From: the human T2T-CHM13v2.0 reference genome, Homo sapiens
NCBI RefSeq assembly: GCF_009914755.1
Contig: NC_060936.1
DNA length: 64,000 bases
Direction: 5' to 3' (one strand)
The position numbers and the translations under genes were made by a program. Below the pieces are notes generated by a model. It made no database searches. It was not told where the DNA came from and saw only the letters and a list, made by a program, of their open reading frames with translations. Positions within the stretch are counted from its first letter, which is position 1. Every line of letters starts with the position of its first letter. Positions 1 through 17,300 of the stretch are shown here, in pieces.

Positions 1-179
1 TTCTATCTTATTTGAAGGACTGCAATTTTGGGGGGGATCTCTTTGTTATATCAGCTTAGATGATATATTAATATTAACTAATATAATAGAAGAGTATTAT
101 TCTCAGTACTCTTTGGTATGTTTAAATAGAATTTAAGGGTCCTTCATGGATCCAATCTGCTATAGTACATAATGTGTAC

Positions 180-300
180 ATTCATTCATTCATTCATCAA
201 ATATTTACTGAGCACCTACTATGTGTCATCTACTAGGCCAGATGTTAGAGATATACTAGTGAACAAAATTTGTATGGTAATGACCTTGAAGGAGCATGTT
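180..300 (-). mobile_element. L2 3' end fragment
   Basis: ttcattcattcattcatcaaatatttactgagcacctactatgtg is the typical L2 tail. Confidence 0.7.
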
Positions 301-1099
301 TTTGCTCCTAAAATCTCTCTGGATTTGATCTTGCCAATAAGTAGCCTCTATGTTTCTACTCTACACCTCATTTCAGTTGAAGGAATACTGCAGAGAGGTA
401 GTTATTTCAAATGACCCTCTACTAAAAGAGTCTGAACAAAGATTTTGAAGAGGACTTCTGGGAACATTCACGGGTTTTGAAGTTTTACTACTCTGATTCT
501 TTAAAAAGGTGTTTGATTATTGTAAAATATATCATGCATACAAAAGTGTGTACAACCCATCTGTATGGTTTAAAGAATAATAATAAAATGAATACCCATG
601 AGACCATCACATAGAATTAGAAATACAATGCTAGGAGTGCCTTAGAAGTCCTCTGTAGCTCCACCTTTATTGAATTCTGCTCGTTCCTCACCTTCCCAAG
701 CAATATATACTTCCTCAGTAATATATCCCATTACATGCATATGTTGATGCGTGTAATCGTTTCATTCATTAACTTCCACTCCTATGTCTTATTTTATTAT
801 GTAAATACAACACAGTTTGTTTGTTGACCTGTTGATGGAAATTAGATCATTTCCTATTGAGGCTATTAAGAACAACTTTGCACAAGACATCTTCCCTCGT
901 AGTTAGAGTTTCCCTATGGTATCCATTTAGAAATGAAATTGCTGAAACATGGGATATGCCTATGTTGAATTTTCCTTAGTCATGCCAAGATAGACTTTTT
1001 TTCAAGTGGCTGTAACAATTTATATTATCACCAGAAGTGTGATAGAGACCTTCACCTTGTTTTTGGTTGAGTTTTAGTTTTAAAATTTGTCATCATTTT

Positions 1100-1770
1100 A
1101 ATTTTTTTAATGTTATTTAAGTTCCAGGGTACATGTGCAGGATGTGCAGGTTTGTTTCATAGGTAAATATGTGTCATGGTGGTTTGCTGCACCTATCAAC
1201 TCATCACCTAGGTATTAAGCCCAGAATCCATTAGCCATTTTTCCTGATGCTCTCTCTCCCTACACCACCCACCACCCTGACAGGCCCCACTGTGTGTTGT
1301 TCCTCTCTGTGTTTATGTGTTCTCATTGTTCAGCTCCCACTCATAAGTGAGAATATGTGGTGTTTGGTTTTCTGTTTCTGCATTGGTTTGCTGAGAATAA
1401 TGGCTTCCAGTTCCACCCATGTCCCTGCAAAGGACATGATCTCATTCCTTTTTATGGCTGCATAGTATTCCATGGTGTATATGTACCACATTTGCTTTAT
1501 CCAGTCTATCATTGATGGGCATTTGGGTTGATTCCGTGTCTTTGCTATTGCGAATAGTGCTGCAATGAGCATATGTATGCATGTATCTTTATAGTAAAAT
1601 GATTTATACTCCTTTGGGTATATACTCAGTAATGGGATTGCTGGGTCAAATGCTATTTCTGGTTCTAGGTCTTTGAGGAATCACCACACTGTTTTCCACA
1701 ATGTTTGAACTAATTGACATTACCACCAACAGTGTAAAAACGTCCCTGTTTCTCCACAGCCTTGCCAGAA
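1100..1770 (-). mobile_element. L1PA-type 3' end (5'-truncated)
   Basis: ORF 1330-1572(-) has the L1 ORF2 C-terminus (IAALFAIAK..NQPKCPSMIDWIKQMWYIYTMEYYAAIKRNE); recognisable L1PA 3' UTR. Confidence 0.92.
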
Positions 1771-2206
1771 ATCATAATTTTAATGTTTATGAAAGTTAAT
1801 TGTTTTTCTCTGTAGCTTCAATTTGTGTTTTTCTGATTTGCAATAAGTATTCTTCCATATACACAGGGCCATTTTTTTGCCTTTGCTATAAAATGTTCAT
1901 TCACACTTTTACTTATTTTTCTATTGGGTTGTCTTATTTTATTGATTCTACATATAAATCCTATGTCAAAAAAATATGTATAGCAAAATTTTTTCATTCT
2001 GTGGCTTGTCTTTTTAACTCCTCATGTCTTGTGATGAACATAAATTTTTAGTCTTCATGTAGTGATATACCATTTACTTTACCATGTGCAAGTTTTACTA
2101 TTGTTTAGGAAATTTTTCTGCATTTGCAGTTGTAAAGATATCCTATATTTTATTCTATAATTTCTAGAGTTTTACCTTTTATATTTGCCTTAAATATACA
2201 ACTAGT

Positions 2207-2352
2207 GGCCACGTGCAGTGACTCACGCCTATAATCCCAACACTTTGGAAGATGAGGTGGGAGGATCACTTGAGCCTGGGAAGTCAAGGCTGCAATGAAC
2301 TATGATCACATCACTGTACTCCAGCCTGGGCGACAGAGCAAGACACTGTCTC

Positions 2353-2368
<16 letters not shown>
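2207..2368 (+). mobile_element. Alu monomer (FRAM/FAM-like)
   Basis: Single ~145 bp Alu arm with a poly(A) tail. Confidence 0.8.
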
Positions 2369-2409
<41 letters not shown>

Positions 2410-2548
2410 TATATATAATAAATATATATATATATACTATATATAATAGTTATATATATAGTATATACATATACAGTTTTATTTATTTAATTTATATAAA
2501 TTTATTTATTTATTTATATAAATATAAATACAGTTTTATATATTTATA
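2369..2548. repeat. (TA)n microsatellite and AT-rich low complexity grown from the Alu tail
   Basis: Direct sequence. Confidence 0.95.
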
Positions 2549-4991
2549 AAACTGGTAGTTGATTTTAGGGTATGATATGGGTTAAGAATCAAATTTATTT
2601 ATTCCCTTACGGATAACCATTTGTCCCAGGCCCGCTCATTGAATAAATGTTATTCTCCCCAGTGACTTTTAATTTCTGTTTCAAATTATTTGTGTGGGAT
2701 TATTTTAGGATTCTTTATTCTTTTCCATTATTCTGCTTATCTGCTCTCATGCAAATGCCACACTGTCCTAACTATTATAGATTTAATAAAAATGTTGAGT
2801 GTCAGGTAGGACAAATCTCCCACTCCTTGTTGTTCTGATTGATGATTACCTTGGATATTCTTTTTTCTTTGTTACTCTATCTTAACTTCAGAATCAGACG
2901 ATTGTGCTGTTCTACTGTCTTTGTAGATTTGTAGATTTCATTGCCTTTATAGACGAATTGGAGGGAGAATTTTAGCTCCAGTTCTTTGTTTTTAAATTTA
3001 CTTAAACATAATTCTTTTATATAATTTGACTTAAATCTGACTTTAATTCTTTTCTGTTTTTATATGATTTAAGTCTGACTTTAATATTTTCCTGTGTTTA
3101 CATGATTTGTAATTTTGGTTCAAATGTAAACAAAGAAAAGTAAAGAGGTAACCTGGAAGGAATTGTTTAAAAAAGAAGAAAAGGAGTTTTTGCTGTTGCT
3201 TAGACAATGTCTATATATTGTTGCTTAAAAGACAAATCCATACATTGAGAAAAAAATAACTTTAGCTGGAAACAAGGAAAGTGTGAATCATAGAGAGTGA
3301 GGATCAAAGCATATGCCTGACCTCCTTGAAGAGTGAGGTGAGGAAGAGGAGGCTGGGCTGTCTCCCGGCTGGCTCAGACTGGCTTAGGAACCTCTCAGCT
3401 GTATTCTGGAGCAATCCCTGAGGGAGAGAGCTGAGGATCTTGAGATAAATAGTGAGGGTGGGGTAGAATGAATTCATTATGTAAATAATAGTTGCAAGCC
3501 AGATGTTCATAGCTTGGGTAGCTTGGGTATACCTTACTTGCCTGAGGCAGTTGTACAATGCATTTTGAGCTAGTTTTCATATCTCAGGGGCCTTGCTATC
3601 AAATTCCAAAATTACTCCCTCTCCTTAGACAGCTTGCCTCACAACTGCTGAAAAAAGAAACCGTTAGGATGGTCTCATATTGAGGAAATTTTGGTAAAGT
3701 GTGTTACATGCAAACAGGAAGAGTGCAGGAATTAAGCAATCCAGATAATTACTGTCATGAATGCTGGATGGTGTGAAAAAGAGAAAAAATACTGCTTTTT
3801 AGTGTTTATACCGAAGTACATAAAATGAAAAAGGAATGCCACAGAGCTAATTTTTTTTTTTTAACCCAAGCAGGCTTTTAACTGCTCAGATCCCATAAAA
3901 ATCAAAAGGACGAATGTGACTTAAACTTGCCTTACTAAAGCACATTTTCACAACCTGGTATTTAAATTGAGATTTGGGGCACTCAAATAATCCCACAGGC
4001 ATGTAAAATCTGATACTATATCTGCATCTAAGTATACTGCTCTGGGATTTAGAATCCCAATTGGCAACCTGGGAAAACCATATTACTTACACTTGCTCAA
4101 ATAGTCTCCAATTAGTTCTTCTGACCTTCTTGTATACTAATAAATGGCCCATTACAGAACATTAAAACTGAATCCTTTCTATTAAAAAAATGATTTCCTT
4201 GCAAGTGAACATGATCTAGGTTTAATGTACAGTGTTAGTTAACATTAGGTTTTTCTAATGTACAGTGAATGCTTTCCAGTAGGAAGTGATTGTAGCACTA
4301 ATTAGGCTTTCTGGTTCAGTCAATTAGCTGAGAGGGGGATGAGTCTTCCTACCATGATCTAGATATTGCTTATATTCTTAGTTTGTTTTTGGTCTATTAC
4401 TTTGTGATCGAAAGAGCTGAAAACGCTAATGTGAAATTGTATAATGAGCCTTAGAAAATTATGAGTCTGAAGAGACATTTGGATCACCTCATCAGATCAA
4501 TTTTCAAGTTTTATTTGGTTGGTGGCATGCACAGGCTGATTTGACAGAACTTCTTTTGGATTCTGGCCACACCCTCATTCCATCCAAAGCTCCCTTAGTA
4601 CATTGTCACACATAGTAGGGGTCCAGGAGTTATGTGTTAGATTAATATTGTTAAATACTCTGGGTGACCAGTGATGAAAATTTCTGAAACATTTTCCTAA
4701 GAAGTCAGTAAACACATATTTATTGAGCACCCATATGTGGCCAGGATTGTGCATGAGCAGCTTGAAGGAAAATGCAAAAGAAGCATTAAATCTGTTGGTA
4801 GGCGACAATACAGGGAAAATATTAAATATTTATTTGAAATTCCTATATTTACTCCCACCGACCTCAGGAGGAAGTGTCCTTTGCTTTTCAGCTATTAATA
4901 GTTTTGGAGAGGGATACTGGATAAACTGAGAGTGGCCAAGTTACTTAAGAACAGGGAAAGCTGTTCGTAAGTTTCCAATGGAAGAGTAGGA

Positions 4992-5404
4992 TGCTGAGAA
5001 TGAAGTTTTTGGTGTCGCAAAAAAAAAAAAAAATTAACACGGGAACAAATGATCTCAGCAAGGCGAGCTTTACTTTCTGCAGAAAGGGTGCTACTCAATA
5101 GCTGTCCAGCCATGAGAGCACACCAAACAAAGGAGACAGAGTTATTTATAATCTGACGCGTCTGCCCTACTGTTTTGTCCAATTTCCATTGGCTGGAATA
5201 GGACCTCACATTTTACACATTACCCGATTGGCTATTAGTTTAAAACTTTTTTAATTGGGTAAGGGGAACAGAACAAAGAAAGAAAAGGAAGTTGCCCAGG
5301 GATAGTTAAGGAAGCATCTGCAAATAAAGAATGGCATGCACTATGGGCTGTGGCTTGTCTAGTTCTGCCCAGGCATGCTGGAGCAAGCTAGGACAGCTGA
5401 TTTG

Positions 5405-5446
<42 letters not shown>

Positions 5447-5524
5447 TAATAGTGGATAGCAATGTTATAGTAAGAAATTGTGACTTTTTGTAATCTTTGA
5501 AGAAGAACTTTCCCATTTCTCACA
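4992..5524 (-). mobile_element. Solo LTR, ERV1-class (subfamily unassigned), with internal (TA)n at about 5407-5445
   Basis: TG...CA termini flanked by a 4-bp TSD AGGA (4988-4991 and 5525-5528); TATA- and CCAAT-like motifs on the minus strand. Confidence 0.75.
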
Positions 5525-6299
5525 AGGAGGCTAGAAGTGGCCAGAGAATGGAGTGAGAAAAGCCAAAATGGTGATGAACTTTGCATGAGAAGGCAGAGCA
5601 TGGAGCAGAAAAGAGAGAGAGAAGTTGCTCTAAGGAGTGGATCTTAGAGTACTCCTACAGAGTCAAAGAGAAATATTTAGTGAATTTTAAATAAATTCCT
5701 ACTTGGTAATATGTGAGGTAAACAACTTTCTTGTCTTTCCAGGAAACCCTCAGTAAAAATATCTCTTTATGAAGTTTTTGGAGTCTGATTTGTTGAGAGG
5801 TTTGGAAATAGGACTTACACTGGTCTTAAGAACTGGTTACATTCAAATATAGTAGAAGCATAACAGGATATACTCAAGTACTCATTTATCTAGCATGAAC
5901 TATAAATATAGGAGTTGTTTTTGCCACCAAATTTGGACACATGATTTGAAAAATGTGATTTACCTGTGCTTATTTAGTTGATTAGTCATTAAAATTTCTG
6001 AAATGTTTATCTACTGAATCAATAAACTTATCTGTTGAGCACTTATTATGTGTCCAGAATGAACTGTGCATAACAAGCCCTAAGGAAAATTAAAAAGATG
6101 TGCTACTTGTGGCTCTTTGAAACAACATAATAGAGATTATTTTAGGTAATTATAAACTGTCTTAGACTGGGGCTATCCCAGAAAACTCAGGCCACAGGCT
6201 CACTAACTACATGCTATCAGGAAGTTAAGCAGGAGATCAGAGAAGATTTTAATAAAGTAACCACTTTTTTTTTTCTGAGTTGCTATGGTGGGAATTTTA

Positions 6300-7330
6300 C
6301 TGAATTAATATTTATTGAGCACCTAGTAGGTGCCAGGTGCCCTGCTAGGCCCCAGCACATAGATGAGGCATTAAACATGCCCTTCAGAAAAGCGTGGTCA
6401 AAGGAAGAAAGAGAGAGAGCAAGACATACAAACAAATATTATGGTAAATGGAATAAAGGTCATGATAGCTGTTACTGCAAGTTTAGCCTGACTGACCCCA
6501 TGACCCTGTTGAGCTAGGCTTTGCCCATCCAGGTGCAGAGATAGGAATCCTGATGATTAGGCAGGGATAGCAAGTGAGGTCAAAGGAATTGGTGAAGGAT
6601 GTTGAATAAATAGAAATGTACAAGGGACAGGAAGTAAATGGAGGAAAGAGATATTCATTCAATGGCATGAAGTCTAGTAGAGGTTTGGGGACTTAGTTGG
6701 TACCCAGTATTGCAAGAGCTTCCCAATTGCACTTCTTATTTTCAGTCCAAGCTCATAATTAGCAAGTGAATCTTCTTTAAAATATGGCACATACATGCTG
6801 TCCTCTCAAAAGTCTCACAGTTGTTTAAGAGCATAAGTCCCGACTTTTTCTGACATTCAAGATCATCTACAATTTAGCCCCAACATACAATTTTGACCTA
6901 CAAGAACAGCATTTTTATATATTTCAACCACATAAATTTGTCTCTCTTTACTCCTCCACAAATATGCTCAACTTTAGTCATGTTTGACTTCTTTATTGTC
7001 TCTGTGTCTTTTTAAAAAATTCCTAATTGCTAAAAACCTTTTTCTAATACTGTTCTTTCATGAAGTTCCTCCAGGTCCCCCTTGACTCCCACCACAATAT
7101 GCGATTTCTTTCTCAGCTGAATATACATTGTAATTGGTTTCTCTCTATGGTGTATTCTGTGTTACATTATTATTATTTACATATATCTATGTTTTTTAAC
7201 CTCTGATTATGAGATTCTTATTGTAATCAACTTTTGATCTTTCCTCTCCTCATACTCATAGCAACTAATACAATGTAAGACTATCGATTACAGTTAAAAT
7301 AAACAAAATTGAGTGTTTGATGGAGTTGAT
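6300..7330. mobile_element. L2 fragments in both orientations
   Basis: tttattgagcacctagtaggtgccagg and further degenerate L2 3' motifs. Confidence 0.5.
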
Positions 7331-7449
7331 AGTGAGATACTTGAAGATCCAAAGCAGAAATGCAGGAGAGATACTGAGTTGTGATCCACTGGAGGGCTGA
7401 TTGAAGAATCTCTCTTTCTCCTTTCCTCTTTTTCCCATGCTCTCTGTTC

Positions 7450-7452
7450 AGA

Positions 7453-7548
<96 letters not shown>
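7450..7548. repeat. Compound (GA)n(GT)n microsatellite
   Basis: Direct sequence. Confidence 0.97.
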
Positions 7549-7551
<3 letters not shown>

Positions 7552-7849
7552 GGGGGGAGGTCTTCTTAATATGTAAATGGAGGCTAGGAAATCTAAAAGT
7601 ATTAGTAGCTGTGAGTAGGCAAAACCACTATAACCTTATTTATTGTGTAATGAGATGGACAGCTTCATTTAAACACTGTGAATAATAAAAAATGCTTTTT
7701 GGGGGGATTTCAATATACAGTTTTTCAACAGTTTCAATTAGTGGATATAAAGTATTTTCAATGCCAGCACTTTCTGAGAATGAATTTTATCCTAAAGACT
7801 TTTGTCTCCTACTTGCATGAGAATTTTTTTAACAAAAAACTACTATTTT

Positions 7850-8472
7850 TGTTTTGGCCAATTTTTCCCACTTGGAGTAGCTGTGTTTACCCAATACCTG
7901 TATCCCATTGTCTCTAGGAAGTAACTAGCTTGCTTTTGATTTTACAGGCCCATAGGTGGAAGGGACTTGCTTTGTCTCAGATGAGACTTTCAACTGTGGA
8001 CTTTTGAGTTAATGCTGAAATGAGTTGAGACTTTGGGGGACTGTTGGGATGGCATGATTGCTTTTGAAATGTGAGGACATGAGATTTGGGAGGGGTTGGG
8101 GTGGAATGATATGGTTTGGCTCTGTGTCCCCACTCAAATCTCATCTTGTAGCTCCCATAGTTCCCACGTGTTGTGGGAGGGCCCAGGTGGGAGATAATTG
8201 AATCATGGGGGTGGGTCTTTCCTGTGCTGTTCTTGTGATAGTGAATGTGTCTCATGAGATCTGATGGTTTTAAAAACGGGAGTTTCTCTGCACAAGCGCT
8301 CTCTTTGCCTGCTGCCATCCACGTAAGATGTGACTTGCTCTTCCTTGCCTTCAGCCATGATTGTGAGGCCTCCCCAACCAGGTGGAACTGTAAGTACAAT
8401 AAACCTCTTTCTTTTGTAAATTGTCCAGTCTTGGGTATGTCTTTATCAGCAGCAGTAAAATGGACTAATACA
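7850..8472 (+). mobile_element. THE1-type MaLR: 3' piece of internal region (~7850-8106) plus complete LTR (8107-8472)
   Basis: LTR tgatatggtttggctctgtgtccccac...aataaacctctttc...ggactaataca, preceded by a purine-rich PPT. Confidence 0.9.
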
Positions 8473-9491
8473 GCATGTATCATAGTGAGAACCAAGTGTG
8501 CATGGAGACTGGCTTTCCCAGCAGCTTCTCAGAGGGGTCAGGTAATATAACTAGAAGTACAAAGGAGTTAACACCAATGGGATTGTAGCCAGTTGAAGAC
8601 AGGAGACAGAAAGGAGCACAACAGATGAACAGCTTCCTCTGTTTGACGAGTTCTGAGCAGAGACTATTTAGTCCTGACAATCAGCTGTGGGTTTTTGTTT
8701 GTTTTTGTTAGATATTATAACAAGCTCACCCTATCTTTGCTTTGTTTCATATCCTACTTCACTTTTATTTTCCTTCATTCCTACTTTCCTAGGACTATCC
8801 TGCCTTACCCCCATAAAACAAAATGAAACACTAACATGTATGTTTTGCCTCCGTCTCTGGGATAGGCTAAGACAACCGTATGAGGAGTGATTCTAGCAAT
8901 CAGACCCTCAAATAGTATTTTGAAGTTGAGTCAACCACTGATTTCAAGGCATTAGGATCCCTAGCATGCAATAATATCACAGTTGTTAAAGTTTACTTTT
9001 GCATGTTCAGGGATATGTCTATGGCCTTGATGGTGGTGATGGTTTCATGGGTGTATGCTTGTCCCCAAACTCACTGAATTAGTACACAGTAAATATGCAT
9101 GTCAATACCTCAATAAAATGGCTTAAAAAAGCTTACTCTTATAGTTAATTGGGAAAAGGCTTAGGGCCCCTACTTGCCAAGTTAAAGCATATTGTTAAAG
9201 CCACAGGCGGGTTTAAAGGAGATTTTTATCTCATATAGCCATATGGCTGACTGTGCTAGAAATCAGGCCTAGGATCTCATTACAAAGTAGAGCTGCAAAG
9301 AAGACTAAATGCAGAGCCATTCCAGGTGTCCTATGTCAACACTGAATGCCTGATAGGGAAAAAGTAGGACCCTTGACATTTGAGTAGACAAGTCTAAGAA
9401 CAGAAAGCCCTGAAGTTCCTCCAAGTGCTCCTGGGTAGCAGAAGAAGCCCCTTCTCCCTTTGTTAGAGGAGAACAGCCTCCATTTACCTGA

Positions 9492-9850
9492 TGTCTCAGT
9501 CTGTTCAGGCTGTGATAACAAAATACTATAGACTGGATGGCTTATAGACACTAGAAATTTATTTTTCACAGTTCTGGGGAGGCTGGGAAGTCCAAGATCA
9601 GGGTGAAAGCATAGTTGGGCGTCTGGTGAGGGCCCTCTTTCTGGTTCAAAAATGGTGGCATCTAGTTGTGTCCTCACATGAAGAGAGAAGACAGTCTCTG
9701 GGGCCTCTATTATAACGGCACTAATCCCACTTATCAAGGTTCTAACCTCATGACCTAGTAACCTCCCAGAAGCCCTGCTTCCAAAATCACATTGGTGATT
9801 AGATTTCAACATATGAATGTGGAGGGGAGACAAATATTCAGACCATAGCA
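9492..9850 (-). mobile_element. MLT1A/MST-like MaLR solo LTR nested in the ERVL
   Basis: tgtctcagtctgttcaggctg...aaatattcagaccatagca. Confidence 0.85.
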
Positions 9851-11434
9851 CCTGAACACCACTCAATAGCCTCAGCTTAGAAGATGCCATGCGAGATGAT
9901 GCCTGCTCTTCTCAAGATGTGCCACCAACACCATTCAATGCCTGTAGCCCAATATCAGGATACAGTCTCAACACAGACTCGGTAGGGAATCGAAATCCCT
10001 ATTTGAGACAGGCAAAGCCTACAACAGAAAGAAATTATAGAATTTGCTATTATATGCCAACAGGAATTGGGAGAATATATATGAGAGTGGATTTTATGTG
10101 TTGGCATGGGAATGTGCAATGAAAACTGAATATGAAAAAAAACCCATTGACATGGTGGGCATTCAGCAGTGACTCAGGATTCAGTGTTGTGACAGGTTCA
10201 CTTGGGGATTGGTTCTGGTATTTTGTTGGAATGATTTATTGAAGCTTGGTCATGATGATGACCTACGATGAATAAAGTAGAGAGGCTAGAACTTCCCAGA
10301 GAAGGCTCAGGGAGGTGAGAATGTTAGACTAGTTTTGTTAGGTAAGACTAACCACTTGACTATGGTCCCTGGGAAGGTTCCTGGGAAGGTTTCAGAGAAG
10401 TAACAGGGAGGACTCTCCCTTCATGAAGGCAATAAGGAATGCCCTGAGAACAAGACACCAAAATCTTTGAGATGCTTATTGGTTGTTGTGTGCTCTCTGC
10501 AGGTTGTGGTTGACAGTCAGATATGCCATGGAACTAAGATCCCTATTATCTGTAGGGATGTTGGGATTTCATTATGCCAGGGGTCAGATGATAGTACTTA
10601 AACATCAGAGACAAGATGAATTTTATTACAGAATTGGAAGTAAAGGTAGCACATTGTGACAATCAAGGTTCCTTTACCTGCAGGATTCTGTGGCAATGGT
10701 CAATAGGTCATGGTATGCCTAAGAGTGAGACGGAGGAACAGGTAATGTATTGCTCAATTTGTGTATAAAAAATAAAAATGAAGACAGTGGCAAGGAGAAC
10801 TTAGTTGCTAACAAGGGAAAATTGAGTTATAGGCATTGAGACTCCTGGCTAGTGGTTGGTTCCTGGACTTGTCCAGCAAATCAGAGGTCAGGAAGGAATA
10901 ATCCTAAAAGAATAAGGACAAGACATTGGGAGGTGGGTCTTTGAGGATGGGCATAAGGTGAGTAAACCTTTGTTTCTCATGCTCACTAGAAAGCATTACC
11001 TCAGCACGGACTGTAAGTACCAAAGGGAACAAGTGGCCCTGTCCTGTAGTTATCATACAGCACTGCTCTTAGTACCCAGTACTTCTCTAGTGGGCCTGTA
11101 ACATGAGTGGCCATGAGGCAGAGATGGAGTCTAAACATGAGTTCAACAACACGGCCTTCCTCTTAATGAAGGCTAGTCTAGCTACTGGCAGTGTGTAATG
11201 CACAATTTGCCAGCAGGAGTGACTAATACTTAGCCCTGGATTGGCACCATTTTTTGGAGGGAACGGCCAGCCCACATAGTGCCAGGTCAATTACATTGAT
11301 CCTTTTCTCTCTTGGAGGGAGCAATTCATCCTTACCAGAAGCAATAATAGATCAAATAATGTGAATTTGTAAATACTGGACGATTTTTGGCCAATATTAG
11401 TGAATATTTAAGACCAAAAACATTATTCTGGACG

Positions 11435-12254
<820 letters not shown>

Positions 12255-14809
12255 GTGAGTTTGTTTTTTCTGCCTGCAGTGCAAATCTCAGCTTTACATT
12301 CCAAGCCTTTATAGAAAGCCTTATCCATTGACATGATATGCCACACAACATTGCTTTGGGCCCAGAGATCCATTTTTTTTGGCAAAGGAGGTGCACCACT
12401 GGGCTCATTCACATGAAATTGATGTGTGTTCCTCATAACTTGTATATAGACAGCTTGATAACATGTGGAATAGGCTCAGTTAAGGCACCAGCTCAGGGGC
12501 AACTTTTAAGAGGTTAGTGCAATATATGTGCTGCACCTACAACCTGAACATGGAACTGTGTCCCTGATAGCAAGAATATTTAAGATGAAGAAAAAAGAGA
12601 GATACCTAGAATTTGTTCATTCTCGCTGCACTTCCATTCTCTCACATGCCTCTTATCCTGGAAAAGTTAGGCTTTGTTAGGTTGGAACTAAAATCTCTAC
12701 ATACTGCTTGGCTGCTTTAGGATTTCCCTGCCAGTAGATCATCAGGCAAAAAGGAGTTACCCTATAGACTAGGCTAATTGATCCCAACTACTATCAGGAA
12801 CTAGGGTTTCTACTACACAATGGGGGTAGGATGTGGGGATTCACTGGCTGTTCCCTTGATGCTTCAGTGCACTCTGATATTTGTTAACAGGCAATCGTAG
12901 CAATAACAGCCTGACAATGACAAGGTGACTAAGACCTCAGATCCTTCCAGAATGAAGGTCTGGGTCACCTTATGAGACAAGAAATCCAGATCAGCTGGAA
13001 TTCTGGCTAAGGACAAAGAAAATCTAGAATGGGTAAGGGAAGGGAGAGGTGATGAATGTCAATAGGGCTTTCGGATCAGCTAAAGCAGCTAGAAGTGCAG
13101 CTTGGGTTGCTAATCCTCTATATGTTGTTTTAGAAGACGGCAACTGGCTCAGTCTTGGAAGATTACAATTTTTTACCTCCCTTCCATGGAAGAAGTAGGG
13201 ACACCTTGCTCACATATAAGATTCATATGTTATTAGAGAGTGTAAGCAGAATGGAGTGGCACTCAGTGAATTTTATCAGATTCAATTTACGTGTCATTTC
13301 ATATCAGCCTGACTCCCTTGCCTACCCACTCCAACTTCAGCCGTTTGCCTTGCTTTCTATCTGGATTGGTCCCAAAGAGCAACTGCTCACACCATGCTGG
13401 GCTGCAGCCTCAGTCATCCCATCTCCTAATACCTCCCATTGTTTGTATCCTCCCCGGGAATTTAGGGCTGAGCTTTAGGGCAACCTTCATCTCACTCACT
13501 ACAATTCTATGGAAAAGCTATAGTAGCTCAGTGCTTAGGTCCTACTTGCATGCATGCCTGGAGACTCTAATTTCTTTGGTGGCTGTCCAGGGTGGGAGAA
13601 AGAAATTATAATAGAAGTGTAGGAAAAATAAAGCCCCAAGAGGTGGACTTTGACCAATGAGAGATAGAAGACAGGATCAGATCATCTGCTTACTCTTCCT
13701 CTCTCATTGATTTTTTTCTAGCAGTGCTTTCCTTCCACCTTGTGGAACTGAGGCATTGTCTAGGCTTCCTCAAGAAGCTGTGGCCAGTTCAGTAACAGAT
13801 CATCTTATTTTTGCTTTTCCTCCTTTCTTGCCTCACTTTTCTTTTTCCTTCACTCTTCCTCTCAATAACATTTTAGCACTGATGCTTTGCCTTAAACTCT
13901 GATTTTTAGAAAACCAGGGCTAAGATAATTTGCTTGAGTCATGCTGAAGACTTGAACTATAGGAGTCAATGAAGATGGTAAAGAGGGGTAGGTACATTTG
14001 TAAGACAATTAAGGGAGATGAATTGTCCATATTTGCTATTGCGTGGGATTGGAATTAGAGAACTGAATGAGGGTAAGAGAGGTGATTATGAAAACTTTGA
14101 AGTTTATAGCATTGAAAACTGATGAAATGATATGTTAACTGGGATTTCAAATATTAGATGTTTGGAGAGAAGGTAATGAGCTGAATTTTGACTATATTCT
14201 TCTTGAGGTAGCTGTGGGACATCCAGGTGTTGAAATCTAGGTGCAAGTTGAGAATGTGTGCTTGCAGCTAAGGTGGCGGCTTTAGTAAATGAAGGGCTGA
14301 GGTCAGCTTGCTACAGTGTAAATTTTTTATACACATAGATTTTTTACGACCACATTTCTGGCAGACATGTAGGTGTGTTTCAGCAGTGAATGTAACACCT
14401 TTTGGAAAATAAATCATCCAATAGCATTTATTTGAATGTCCCTTGCCCTAAAACATTTTAACGCTCCTGTCATTTATTTCTTCCAAATCATCTATCATTT
14501 ATCCTTTCCTGACTAAGGCCACATTTATCCACAGGGCTGGCTATGATGTGCTATCAGAGGCACAAATAAGGCTGCTGTGTTTCAAGAAGTATCTCTTCTA
14601 CTGCCTTGCTTAAGCTTGATTTTCACAATTAGTGATTCTACTGTTGAAAGATGTAATTTATCAAAACTGGGTAGATCATTAGTGGGTTTGGAGAGACTGA
14701 GAGTAAGCTTCTCTCTGAGTGAAGATTTTGATTATAAGGAAACATGGATGTATATGTGCTTGTGTCTCTGTGTGTGTGTGTTGTTGGGGGAAGCAGGGTG
14801 CAATCAGTG

Positions 14810-15060
14810 ATGTAAAAGGGAATAATAGTGTTCTACTTAGAGGTTAAGAGCTCAGGCTGTTGGGTCAGTGACCTGGGTTCAAACCCAACTGTGTGTTACC
14901 TGGCTCTAATGCCTTGGAAAAGTAACTTCACTGAGATTCAATTTTGTTGCATCCATAAAATTGGGGATAATTATAATAAATGTCTATAGGGCTGTTTTGT
15001 GAATTAAATGAGAAAATGGATGAAGGGTACTTAGTATACAGCAAACTCTCACAAATTATT
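14810..15060 (+). mobile_element. MIR
   Basis: ggttaagagctcaggct...ctgggttcaaacccaact...taaaattggggataat core. Confidence 0.7.
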
Positions 15061-15544
15061 AATAATTTTAAAGGTGTGGATGGTAATGCTAAAAGTAAAC
15101 ATTACCGTCTTTATAGTATTGTCCATAAAAGACCTTTTTGGTAAGGTATAATAATTTGTAAATAAGTTCAGATTCAGGATCCAATTTTTTTCTCTTAATT
15201 CATTTACTTTATAAAATAAATATACAAATCAATTTCAACCACCTCCTTCCCCACCCGCTTGGGTGACTCATCTACCTACCTCACTTCCTGGTTCACTGGG
15301 AAAATAGCTTCTCAGCATCATGGTGCTCACGCATTTACTTGAAAGGTGCACTGTCTGCTTTACCTCAAGAATACATCTTAAATTGTCCACCTGTCTCCTC
15401 TACATGGCCTTCACAATGGCAGTGGCCTCCTGTTGGGACTCCTACTTTCACTTTTCTCCCCGCAGTCTGTTCACCTCCTGGCCCAGAGACCATATTTAGA
15501 CCCCTTCAATGGATTCCTGTTTGTGGTTTTTTTTTTTTTGAGGA

Positions 15545-17299
<1,755 letters not shown>

Positions 17300-17300
<1 letters not shown>

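Larger units (their letters stand above)
510..2960 (-). mobile_element. Old L1M (L1ME-like) fragments interrupted by a younger L1, an Alu monomer and (TA)n
   Basis: T-rich degenerate L1 3'/ORF2 antisense motifs. Confidence 0.6.

Noticed and set aside
7977-8550. 172 aa and 101 aa ORFs
   Set aside because: They lie in THE1 LTR/internal sequence and are typical MaLR translations.
9336-9890. 184 aa minus-strand ORF
   Set aside because: Mostly an MLT1/MST LTR; no recognisable protein.
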